Below are positions 1 through 12,967 of a DNA stretch of 64,000 nt, piece after piece. The notes under the pieces are model-generated. The model did not search any database and was not told the origin of the DNA. It saw only the letters and a program-made list of their open reading frames with translations. The stretch lies in assembly GCF_009914755.1 (NCBI RefSeq), contig NC_060930.1, one strand, 5' to 3'. Position numbers and translations under genes: made by a program. The stretch comes from the human T2T-CHM13v2.0 reference genome, Homo sapiens. Numbering within the stretch: the first letter of the stretch is position 1; every line of letters starts with the position of its first letter.

Positions 1-502
1 CTTCGAAATGTCCAAAAATCCTTTTGAAGACTAAGTAGGCCTATTGTCAGCTTTATGACCTAGGACTGTCTTTCTCAGGCACTTGGGAGCTAACTTTGGT
101 GGGCATTTCACTCTAAGTTGCAGAACTGCCTTGTCATAAAGATATGAGAAGTTTGTTTTCATCTGGTTTAGTCAATTAGCTACCACACAGTCAACTCAAT
201 TACCATGTAAAGTTAGGATGAGCTATGTATGTGTGACAAACAGTCCTCAAGTTCTCTTACTTGAGGACTAGCTATTGTTTATGTTCGAAAACATGTACGT
301 AACAGGATGTATCTGCTTAGCTATATAAAACAGGGAGTTTTCTTTCTGTCTTTGTAATCTCCTAGTGGATTACCTGTGATCTGCATCATATTTTGGTTTA
401 GTGATCATTCAATAATAAAAGTGTTTTCTTTCTCTACTTCCTTCATGGAGAGGGTTTCCGGATTGGGAGAATATTTTATTTTTAACTATATTTCTTCAAT
501 AA
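1..502 (+). mobile_element. 3' part of an ERV1-class solo LTR (MER67-like)
   Basis: TATA-like ctatataaaa at ~322, aataaa at ~414, and a terminus ggagagggtttccggattgggagaatattttatttttaactatatttcttcaataa resembling the MER67 end from memory. Confidence 0.6.
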
Positions 503-789
503 TCTGTAAGTTACTAACATATATAGGTATGTTACTTCAGAGCAATGAATGTAAATCAATCAATTACATTTTAGAGGTCAGAATATATTTAATAAAGACT
601 TTAAAATGATTTTTCTGCTTAATGTTATGAGCTAATTCTATTGTTACTAAACTGAAAAGTCACTGCCCTTCCATAATTGGTATTTGTTAGATACTTTTGC
701 ATTTCTCTTCTACTTGGGTTACTGACTGGCAGCACACTCTTAATAATCACTACCTCTGGCCAATCGTCTGTGACCATACTAGCTCCTGC

Positions 790-968
790 AGTTCAGTTTA
801 GTAAATAATTGCTTGAGTATCATAATTGCCATGTTATATTCAGGTACTTGGGGTACAAGTCAAGGCAAGATAGTATTTTGGGGAAGTGGTTTCAGGAAAC
901 TGTCTTTTCAACAAGTCTTTTAATTCTGATGCAGGTAGCCTGTAGCCCACATTTTATGAAACACCATT
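790..968. mobile_element. Degenerate L2 3'-end fragment followed by a MER5-like fragment
   Basis: gttcagtttagtaaataattgcttgagtatc...ggtacttggggtaca is L2-like; aacaagtc...aattctgatgcaggtagcctg...cacattttatgaaacac is MER5-like. Confidence 0.4.
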
Positions 969-1165
969 TATGAAATTGACTACCTTACCTCTATTTCATT
1001 CCACATTCAAAATCCTAGAGCTTGAAATATCTGTAGAAAAGTGCTTATGTAAGTGAACAAGCAGGTCGCAATGTTGCATGTCCAACACTAAGATGTATAA
1101 CACTCCCCCATCTAGAAATGCAGATAGAAGGAAATGCTCCAAAGGTTATATTGAGAGAAATGGAG

Positions 1166-1170
<5 letters not shown>

Positions 1171-1206
<36 letters not shown>

Positions 1207-1242
1207 GTATATATATACATATATATATATGTATATATATAC

Positions 1243-1273
<31 letters not shown>
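1171..1273. repeat. Interrupted (TA)n microsatellite
   Basis: About 100 bp of TA with occasional CG/CA/TG interruptions. Confidence 0.98.
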
Positions 1274-1274
<1 letters not shown>

Positions 1275-3878
1275 TTTTTTTTAACTCGATTCCAGGCTTT
1301 TTTCATATGTCCTATCTGTTCTTCAATGCACTATATCTCAACTGATCTCTCTGAAGTACTTTCCTGGTCACTGAAACCTTAAATCACTGGCCTACCTCGA
1401 AATACTGCAATCACATATTTATATCTCTTTTATGATATTTACCATAATAATTTGTATATTTATTTCCTTTTTAAACTGTAAGCTATTTAAAGACAGGGTA
1501 AATTTTTAATTTATATTTCGACCTATGATAAGTTGAAAAGCAGACAATTTTGAATAGTTAAATAAATGTATCTTTACATAAACTTTACATAAACTTGAAT
1601 TTAAGCATTTCGTTGCCGGAAAAATTATCCAAATCTTTGAAAGAAAGCAAAAGGATGGGCAACACAATCATTACATATCACACAGGGCAACAGCTACCCA
1701 AAGTTTTTCTAGAGATGTATGTGGTTCATTTCACTGTTTTCTCCTGAGTTTGCTTGTTAACAGCAGATTTTCTTCAGTAGAGATGCTAATATTTCCTGCC
1801 TAGTGGAACAGATAACCACAAAGATTGATAGCTTGTTAGAAATTAACCAGTTTGTATCTTATCCTAATATTTCTTGTTAAATTGACTATAAATAGCCTAG
1901 CTTCTTAAATGTTGCTTGAACTGATCATAATATCACTGGTTCTCTAATTAATTAATTAGTTAAATAGAATTCTTGACACAGGTTCCTGTGATATTTGTCT
2001 GAGAGTAATGATTTCACCTCTTCAGAAATTATTCCTTCACACAAATATTTTCCTTATTAACAGAACAATTTATATTTCCAAATATCACTTAGAAGTTGCT
2101 TACATGTACTAAAAGTCATGCTATTTTGAAACATCTACATTATTAAATAGAAAAAATAAAGTACATAACTTAAGTCCTATTCCAATCAAAAATCTCTTTA
2201 ATGAGTTCTAAAATAGGAAATTTAACATTTTTCTTTGGTTTATCAATATGAACCTGTTTTAACTATTACCTTTTCAGTGGCCTGACAAGTAATGTACTTC
2301 AGAGAAACAAAGTTTTTTTTTTTTTTCCTAAACTAAATCTTTCCCAAAGACCCAGAAGGAGCTTTCCATGAGATTCATAAAAAGCTATTAATATGAATCA
2401 TAGACCATGATTAAGCCTCTTTCGAATTTTATAGCAGCTAAAGATCTCTTAAGATCCCCTTGTGGTTCAAGGTTTATTAGAACTAATCTTAACCTTGTGG
2501 TATAAACAGAAAATAGCATGTTGCCCAGCTGTCCTGTGGATGAATCCTATGGCTTACTGAATAGGATGGAAGTGCTAGTATCCAAAACTATTTTAATTTA
2601 AATTAATTTACTAGCATCTCAATTAACTTAATCTGTCTGAACTTTGATAAACAAAAATATTTTTAGATAATAAGACTGGCACCCACAAATGCTTTCTAAA
2701 ATCCAAGCTCCTCAGAGTAGCAAATTAGTCCTTGTTACTCAAAGATGTGGGTTAACTCTAAGCCTTTACACTTGTTAACCCTCCATCTTTGGATTACCTT
2801 TCAGAGCTTCAATCTCCTACAAGGTAGAATGGAGATTTCAAATCTCTATTTTAATGTTGGGAGGACAGACTGAGAAAACTAATATTATTTATATTAGTTT
2901 TTTGGACTAGGCAAATGCCTAGTCCAAGACCTGGTAACACAAATCAGACTTTTAATATATCTCAGCTATCATTTAACAAACTCCTTTGGCATCTGCTTTT
3001 TGACTAGCCCTAAGCCAATCCTAACTAATTGTAGATGCCTAGTGCTTGGGAAAAAAAAATAGTCATTTTTATTGTACCATAGGGAAATACATTTGCATTT
3101 ATTATAAGCAAATAATTAGCACGGAGAAAGTTACTCTTGGAAAATTAGTGAATCCCAGCCTTAAGGCTACTGCTGATATTTCCAACTTCATCTAATCATG
3201 TGATGTTGCTATGGTATCTGAAGAGCCTATTTAAAATAACTCACTTATAATTGTATCAATCACACTTCAGAAAAGGTCAATCATGAAGGTCATTTGACAC
3301 AAAATTTATGTAAAACACACAGAGAATTTTTTCCAATAAAATTTAGTTATTGTAATTTCAGGCACTAGTTTGATTTCAAACTGTCAGCTACCTAGGATCA
3401 AGCTCATGTCAATCCAGCTGAGATAACTGTTGAGGGGAGGCTGAGGCAATACCTTTGAAGGAGACAGTCATGAGATCTAGGGGTGGGGTGGGCCTAAGAG
3501 AACAAACAGGACAACACGAGGCCTTTAGAACCTCAATCATTCTCCCAAATAATTGCTGTCACAAGTCACTACAACCAAAGGGATTTTGTTATATCCTCCA
3601 GGCTTGTTCTAGTTGGGAGAAAGTTGCAGATTACTTGTCTAAGAAATAGAAAACCTCCCCTGAATGACTACCTCACCTGGTACCCTTGCCTCAGCATGGT
3701 TGAGGACCTCAGGCTCTTCCTCCTGAACTGTAGCAGCACCCTCACAGTTGGTCACTCATCTCCATTTTTTCATTATAGACTCTGCCCTCTACAATATTGT
3801 TAGGATTAACTATCCCCAAATAATTACAATTATTTCACTTTCTTGCCTAAAAGCCTCTGTTGAAAAAATGAGAAAAAA

Positions 3879-3996
3879 ATATATATATACACACACACAT
3901 ATATATGTGTATATATGTATATACGTGTGTGTATATAGGTGTATATATATGTGTGTGTATATGTGTGTGTGTGTATATATATGTGTATATATATAT
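3879..3996. repeat. Compound (TA)n/(CA)n/(TG)n microsatellite
   Basis: Directly visible. Confidence 0.95.
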
Positions 3997-4047
3997 CTCC
4001 TACTTACTTTAATACAACATAAATTCAGGCTTTTGGCATCTGTATGT

Positions 4048-4443
4048 TGTTTGGGACTGAACTGTGTACCAAAAAATTCATATGTTGAATTCCTAACCCC
4101 CAGTACCTTACAATGTGACTGTATCTGGAGACGCAGCTTTTAAAGAGGTAATTAAGGTAACATGAGGTCATATGGATGGGCCCTACTCCATTACGACTGG
4201 TATCATCATAAGAAAAGGAAATCGGGACACAGACAATACATAGACTGAGAGGCAACTAAGCTAAGGACACAGCAGGAAGATGGCCAGCTACAAGTCAAAG
4301 AAAAAGGCCTTAAAAGAAACCAAATCTGCTGACAACTTAGTCTTGGACTTCTAGCTTCCACAACTGTAAGAAAATAAATGTCTGTTGTTTATAGCACCCA
4401 TTCTATAGCATTTCGTTATGGCAACCTAGTGAACTATAATACA
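4048..4443 (+). mobile_element. MLT1B-like MaLR solo LTR
   Basis: TG...CA ends (tgtttgggactgaactgtgt ... ctataataca), MLT1 core aaagaggtaattaagg, aataaa near the 3' end; 5-bp TSD tatgt/gatgt. Confidence 0.88.
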
Positions 4444-4565
4444 GATGTGTTAAAAAAGATATTCAATATGTTTTACTATTTATATGCTACTGCATCAGTG
4501 AATTAGAATACAGTGAGAGATAGGTGAAGGATATCAATATGCAATTTATAGAATAACTGAAATCA

Positions 4566-4958
<393 letters not shown>

Positions 4959-4978
4959 TTATCAAATAAAGATTTTTT

Positions 4979-5318
<340 letters not shown>

Positions 5319-6334
5319 TTACTGTTGACAGTCTTTTTTGTTACAGCCTTTATGGAAAGGATTTATAAGGCTATCTTTATTTTTAAGAGAATTTTGTAAA
5401 CAGATTTAACAAAAACATAAACTATACAATGGCTTAGCAATTCCACTTTTCTTAAATAATTTATTAAAATAATCTTAAAAATTGAGTGTGTGTGTGTATA
5501 TGTGTATGTAGTGAGTTCTGTTTACTTTTCTTTATTGAAATATTATTTACAATGAAAAATCAAAAACCACCTACATATATAACAATAGTATATTAAAGAT
5601 CTTAACTCTACCCACCATACCTAACCATTTAAGCTAGAACAATCTTCTAAAAGGCTATGGCCCTGTTTCCTCCATCTTCACACAACCACACACATATTTT
5701 TGGGATACTGATCTGTTGCCATTGGATCTTGCCCCTGAGCTCTGAGCTTCTGGCTATGAACACAGATTCTTTTGTCTTTGGCCTTTACATATTTGGCATC
5801 TGGTACCAATATTTTCCTTGACCTTGGATTCAGCCCTACTCTATGGATTCAGCTTTCCTGTTCTCTGCTTCTTGGGCATTATGTGTTTCAGTGAGTTTTT
5901 GCTTAAGCTACAACTCTCTAGAGTCTATCTCCAAATCTACTCACTGAGCTGGTTATTAAGGCTATTTTTATTTCCCTATCACATTATATAGCTATTAAAT
6001 GTATTTACCACATAATTTAACAATTTATAGCCATTGAAATTTTTATTAAGCCTGTATCATACTGTAGAAAAATGATTATAATAAAAAGTTGCATAAACAT
6101 AATTACAGTTATGTGATCAAAAACCTAGGCATAAAAAAAAGACTAGAAGGAAATGTACTAAAATCTTAATGAGGACTTTTGTCTCCTCCAACCTTGCATC
6201 CTGCTGACATTGTGGAATCTCCTGAATGTAAAAATGGATTGAAAAGGAAAGGTTGCTTAAGCCAGCATTTGCCATTTGACATGTCATCTGAAGTAAGAAT
6301 AACAACATTTTATAATTGCTAGATACTGTCTCTG

Positions 6335-6790
6335 TATCCACTAGGATTAGGTTCAGGGGCAGAAAAAATAAATCCCCAAATAAAGGTAAGTTGAACAAGA
6401 TGAAATCGTATTGCTCTTTCACATGAAAAATCAAGGTGGACGGTTTTTGGGCTGATGCAGTTTTTCATACATCAGCTCCTTCTATTTGTTGCTCTATCCT
6501 GCATGACTTTGATATTAAGGTCTGTGAAAGTAGCATCTGTTTTTCATGCAGCTGGCTGAAGGAAAAGAGAACGAGAGATAACCTTTCATATTGTCTTAAG
6601 AATGTTTTTTAGAAACTGCCACAGAATATTTTACATTGGCCAGACCTTGGTCACATGTCTCTATTTACCTAGCTGCAAGGGAGTCTGGGACATCTAGTCT
6701 CTATTTGGGATTTCCTTGGCCACAGTTATATATCTGTTTGTATGAAAAATAAAGAACAAAGTTAATAAAGAGAAAACTCACCATTTCTGG
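6335..6790 (-). mobile_element. Old MLT1 (J/K/L-type) LTR
   Basis: cattggccagaccttggtcacatg...ctagctgcaagggagtctggga is typical of old MLT1 LTRs in reverse orientation. Confidence 0.6.
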
Positions 6791-7994
6791 AACTCTCTAA
6801 AGAATTCTGAAAATTTTGAAAAATCGTTGTAGAATTCAAGTCCTGGAATTTTGTTTGCTCCATGGCAATTTCATCATAATACTTGAAATTTTTTTTCTGT
6901 CTCTTTGTTTTAACATCTTTGACTTGTATTATCTTGATTTTTAAGTTTCTTATTTCATATTTTTGCTTAGTTCTATCTTTAATGTATGCCTTTTATAACT
7001 TAACTATTGCATTTGCTCATAATAGAGCAAAATTTTTATATATTCAGTTATTAAAATAACTAAATGTATATATACTCAGCTTAAAATTGCATGTAGATAC
7101 TTTTTCTGATAATATTCTAATGATTACCTTGCCAATATTCTTGAACCATTAACTGGCATGATACCTTAGTACTCTGAAATCATTACAAAATGTTTTAAAA
7201 AAGCACAGTTTGAGCAAACTTGAGCTTTATGAAACAAAATTATAATTTCCTTCTTGTAACTCATCTATATCTCACTCACTATTTTACGCCTACAACTTGT
7301 TTTAATCAAAACTTGATCTTTATCATTTTAAGAACTTCAGGCCTAAGATGATTACATAGTGAAACACCAAAGTTATTTACAGAATAGATTGCTTTTGAAG
7401 ATGAAACAGAATAAAGTGAGGTATGAGAATATTTACAGAGGAAACAAAATTTGTCTTGATAATGAAAAAGGTAAAATACATTCACCAAGTCTTTGAAGAC
7501 CATAATTATCTTAGAGAAAGTTGAATGAATTGATGCATATGGTGCCTTTTGGATTTAATAGTGCAAGAGACCTTCTTGAAAGACCATATATCTTCTGTGC
7601 TGCATATGCCATGCATGGCTCCCCATATTAACTAACCTGTATTCACACGTAGGACTGTCAGAAGTCCCCAAAGCAATGACAATGAATTTAACCTCCCCTA
7701 ATGTTCAAAGTATGTAAGAATAAAAAAGATTTTCTATTTATTAACCAGTCTGAATGAACTGAAACCTCAATTTTTCCATATAATGACTGTCTCAATTTTT
7801 GGGGGAAGGAGTGTTGTCCTTTTATTGACACCATAGGTAGGCATTACTAGGAGACATGCCATATCCTTTGTAAATAAAGATTAATTCTGTAAGTAGCTCT
7901 ATACTCTAAATTTTAAACATCATAATGCTGTTAGGATATGAAGATCATTTGATTTTTGTAAATTTTTAGGAACAATTATTATGTCAAAAATACA

Positions 7995-8160
7995 TAGACT
8001 TTTGAAACTGTATTTTAGTTCAAATCCCAGCTCTGACCATTACTAGTTGTTTTACTTCTGGTAATTTACTTATGTGCCTTAGCTTTTCCATCTGTAAAAT
8101 GGTAATGATAATAATAGGTGCCTCCTAGGTTTCTTTGAGAATGAACTAATTTTAGATGTG
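7995..8160 (+). mobile_element. MIR
   Basis: MIR core gttcaaatcccagctctgaccattactag...ttccatctgtaaaatgg. Confidence 0.8.
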
Positions 8161-8184
8161 TGTGTATATGTATATATATATGCA

Positions 8185-8680
8185 TACTAGACCCTCACGA
8201 TATATTAGAACTACATCTCTTTGGTACATCTTATTTCAACCCAGCTGAAATTGATGATTCTAGGCACACTGCAAGGTTCAACATCAAGTATGTGCCTGGT
8301 GCTTTGTTTTGTTTTGTTTTGTTTTGTTTTGTTTTGTTTTGTTTTGTTTTGTTGTTTTTCCCTGAAGTCTAAGATACTCAAGTCCACATAGACATAACCC
8401 AGAGGTTCCAGGGTACTCAATGTCCTGGGGAACAGCAGTCTATAGATAAATGTCCCAGTGTCTCTTTCCTTTGGCGGGGCAGTTCTGAAGCGCTTTCAAC
8501 ATGGTTCCTTAGGGAGTGAGAATGAGCTCCTCTTTCCCAAATAGTAGCTGGCTTATTAGCACACCCTTCATTGCATTTTTCCCTTTCTCTCACTCAGCCC
8601 ACTCCTTCTGTTTTGGTTATTGGGATCTCCTCTTAATAAACTACTTGCACTCAAATCTTTGCTTTAGGCTCTGCTTTTGT
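8185..8680 (+). mobile_element. LTR16-like ERVL LTR
   Basis: 3' end aataaactacttgcactcaaatctttgctttaggctctgctttt is characteristic of LTR16. Confidence 0.65.
8303..8358. repeat. (GTTTT)n pentanucleotide repeat
   Basis: About 10 copies visible. Confidence 0.95.
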
Positions 8681-11600
8681 CATAATAAAAATGGACAGAT
8701 ATTACCATTATTATGTCCTATTTGAGTCACATCTGTGATTTTCATCCAACTCTTCCTAGTCTCACTGTCTTTCCTTTTTTGTTGTTATGTATAGTTTTCA
8801 TACAGTGTTTTCCCATCTCCCAGATATTTGATGTTAACATTTCACTATGTGCTTTCATACTCCATTTAGCATTTTAATTTGTTTATTCCTCCTCTTTCCT
8901 GCCCCTTGTATTACACTGTGTCAACATTGGAATCCTTGTCTTGTGGCTTCACACTTTAGTGTCTAAGCTTCACTGCTACTGTAATGGAGAACAAGTAACA
9001 TTGATTTGCCTGAAACCTGCTGGCTATTATATTACCCTGATAACAACAGAAACAAAGCCTCCTTTATTTTTACTTCTATGCAATAGTCACTTACTTATTT
9101 TTACTCAGAGCAGAGGGTGGAGTCTGAAGAAATTTCCCCAAATCTTCATAAACTGTTTAAATGTCTCCTGTTTTTACTTTACTTGAAAATAGAAGAAAAC
9201 TATTGGATATGATAAAAATAAAAATGCTTGGATTATGATTGCTTTTTTTTTTTCTAAAAAAATAATTGTGAAGTATTTCTTATTTTCAAGATAAGTTTTA
9301 TTTTGCAGAGTTTCTTTTGCCTTTAGGTTTTGGAAGAAGATTTAGAAAGTAGATGTAGAAGGTCTGTTTCCAGGTTACTGAGTTGGTGTGTTGTTTTGTA
9401 AAACCGTCATAGCCTATCCTCTTCCTTCCCCTAGGTGTACAGGTGCATTTTCATGCTAAACTCCAACTGTAGTGGCTTTTAAGACTGGCAGGCACTTAAA
9501 GAGGTCAAGGCATATCCCTCGGATTGCTGGAGGTAGAGTGGGGCCAGATATATGCAGTAGTTTTGTTAATCCTTTCATTTTACTTATAGTACTGGTAGAA
9601 CATATTGGGAAAAAAACAGTTTCTTTGTCCAGAAAATGAGAACAGTTATAAGATTGAAGACTCTGGCCTTCCTCACATATTGTGCTGAAGTGCATAGCAC
9701 CAATGTGAAGAATGGATTTTAAAAAAAGGATTCTTGTTTTAGGGCACACTTCATCTGATAATCATATATTCATAGTAATTCCAGTAATGATAATAGTGCC
9801 AAATAGACTTTTATTAAGTAACTAGCCTTCACGGAGGTCCTTTTCTTTTCTTTTTAAGATTCATGGATTTCAGTAATTTTATGAACTACATATTTCATCA
9901 GTAAATGGGAAAATTTTCTGTTGAATAAATCCTGGATATAATTGCATATAACTAAAATATTTCAAAATATAACTTTCACTACAAAAGTTGACAGGATGAT
10001 TAAACATCTCTCTTAAATTTCCATGACTTTCTAATGATGTTCCTTTTTATATCAATCATCCACTTAACTATAACCATGGCTTAAAAATAGTCTCAAATGA
10101 TCAACCACATTCATGATAAGAAATGGGCATGTATGGTGGAGGAAATTTTTTTTTTCAAATCAAGGCTGGCATACAGACATTTTCTTCTCTTGACTCTTCA
10201 AAATAATATTCTCTGGGTTCTGATATAACTTATAATCAATGTTTCCATGGATAATGGAAAATGTGATTATTTACTTCATATTTAAAAAATAAATTTTTCA
10301 TAACACTTTTAAGAAAAAGCCATGTTAGCAACATACGGATTTTGTTGCCAGAGTGAACCCCAGCAAGTTATATACACAGAGCTTCCCCTTGTAGCTTTTG
10401 GAATTGATTGAACAGTATGATCTCATAAACCTCAAGCAGGGCAATGCCGATGGGACTATAAATCATTCGTGGCAACTCCTGCTCTCTGCAACACCTTGAA
10501 ATTACTGGTATCCAATAACCTCCTTTATTAAAACATAGAGTGCAACATGATGGGGATTTTTCAGATATTAAGTGATATGTATGACTTTTATATATAGGAC
10601 AAATCTATTCAACTTGCCATATGATTTAAAATTTATATTATAATACGTCTATTATGGCACACTGTGTTATATAACACATATGTTATATTTGCATAACATC
10701 TAAGAAATGTTATAGGTCAAGTAACATGGACTCACTGTGAAGAATAAAATGCATTCAAGATTGACATCATGGTATAGATTTATATTAGTCAAAGTGTCAA
10801 GCAGCTTGACTTATTTGGTTGATTTTTCTACCTTTGATACAACCAAATGAGCACCTCAGAAGCATTTATTCCTGTTACCCATTTTACATTCTCTTTAATG
10901 TCTTTTGTATCTAAGAGACTTAATATTTTAAGAATCTCTCATGCAATTTAAGAAAAAAAAAAACTATATAATGTAATTCAACATTTTTCCGTATTATGCA
11001 AAAAGGGTAAATTTACTCTTGAAGAGATATAATACTAGATATGTAACCTTATTACTCCATTTTCTGTTTTTACCAAGTAAGCAAATTAAAATCTGGCATA
11101 AGTTTTTTTATTTCTCAATATTAGTTTTTTTCTGTATAGTACCATTAACATCTCCCCCATAATTTTAAATTTTAACTGAAAATGTTTTTGACCCTTGTAA
11201 AGATGTAACATGAAATTTTGTGAAAAGACATGTACTTACACTAATTTATTGCAATATAAGATCATCTCTTACTTTACAAACAACAATGGCTTCCTATTTT
11301 ACTGTATCAATTTTCCGGCATAGCCAGGGTCATACAAATCCTCCTAAAGGTTGAAATTTTGCTTAACTTTTACTGAAGTCTATAAGGAAATCAAATTTTC
11401 CACTATTTATTGCCTGTAACTAAGGAAATCAGTAGGTTTAAAAAATTGAATTAAATTTTTATATTCAAAGATGTATCTTCTCCAAGATACTAACTTTACA
11501 ATGTAATATATAATAGCTAGTTTGTACATAACAGTCGTATATTGGCCAGATTATCGGGAAACCTATTCAAGTAATATAAATTATTTGATTTAATATTCAA

Positions 11601-12434
11601 CTTATTGTATAGTTGTATATATATTGCAATTCATAAATTTAAAATTACTTCTACACATGGATAAAGACTGGAAAATATGGAACAAACAGAAGTTGTTCTC
11701 AACAACACCATTGATGAGAAATTCGGTGAAAGCTCTTTTACATTGTGTTGGACTTTAAAATGAGGAACAAAATACTATATTGAAATACATACATTTAAAA
11801 CTATATAAGTACTATTTTAAAATATATGTATATTTAAAATTATATAGGTGGGCAGATATAAAGGAATTCCTCAAGAGCTTCAAATGATTACAAGGTGTGA
11901 TTCTGGAAAGTATGTTAATGACTCCAAGTTTTTCCTCAGAGTCTCTACTTACCCATGCTGCCAACTGTTTAATTTTTAGCAGGCTACATATACGCTTGGG
12001 GCAGGAGATGTACACATTAGCACAAGAAAGGTAAAAATCATGTAAAAAATCCCACAAAATGTTAAAATCACTTTTAGGGTGACACATTAGTGGGTAAATA
12101 GGAAATATATATTGTTTAAGAGATAAACACGACAAAAATAATTTCCTGTAAGTGTCTTATCTCCAAGTCAAATTAAAAAAAAAAGTCGCCCATTTATATG
12201 GGGTTTGGGCATATATTCATAATACTAATTGATCCAAATCCCTGAAAATAAAACAGTTGCTTACAGCCTCTTTGGCAATGCTCCCAGAAGCCTGGGAGAT
12301 ATAAGTGTGTATACCTTTGCACTTTAAACCCAGGTCTCAATGGAGTTCCAAGGGTTCTCAGCTGGCACTTCATTAATCACACAAGAGAATAAGTCATCAT
12401 GAATATGAATCAACATAAACATGCAAGTGTGCGT

Positions 12435-12965
12435 ATCAAAATGACAGAAGTGATATATGTATATTTAACATATGTATATAAATAGAAAAAGGCAATTGAG
12501 AAGAGAAAACATGAGGCAATAAAATTTGACCAAACTGGAATACAGAAGTTTTAGAAGCTGAAGATATAATAATTATAACAAGGAATTCAAATATCATATT
12601 AAAAGAAATAAATTGCAAGAAAGATTTGAGAGATTATACAGAAGCCTGAGAATGAGAGGAATATGGGACATTATTTGAGACATAGAGAAGAGTGTATGAA
12701 AGTTCAGTGTATCATAATCAATGTTTGAGAATAAAATTAGATGGATTGAGAAAAGGGAATTTTTGAAATTACAAGAGCTCCTAGAATGGATAAAAAATGC
12801 TAACCCACAGATCTAGTCAATCTTAAAATCCAAAGTAGAATAAGTAAAAAATAAATCCATACTTAGACACCTCATGGTAAAAATAGTAGGACATCAAAGA
12901 TGAAGTTTAAAAGCAACCAGAGACACAAAAATTCCCCACAAGAAGAGATAGACTCATGGTTAATG
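12435..12965 (+). mobile_element. Ancient L1M/HAL1-type ORF1 region, segment 1
   Basis: A-rich degenerate ORF1-like sequence (aataaatccatacttagacacctcatggtaaaa...aaaagcaaccagagaca) that continues collinearly at ~21995. Confidence 0.6.
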
Positions 12966-12967
12966 TC

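Noticed and set aside
1078-4143. YI/YV-repeat ORFs at 1078-1345 and 3748-4143
   Set aside because: Translations of TA/TG microsatellites.
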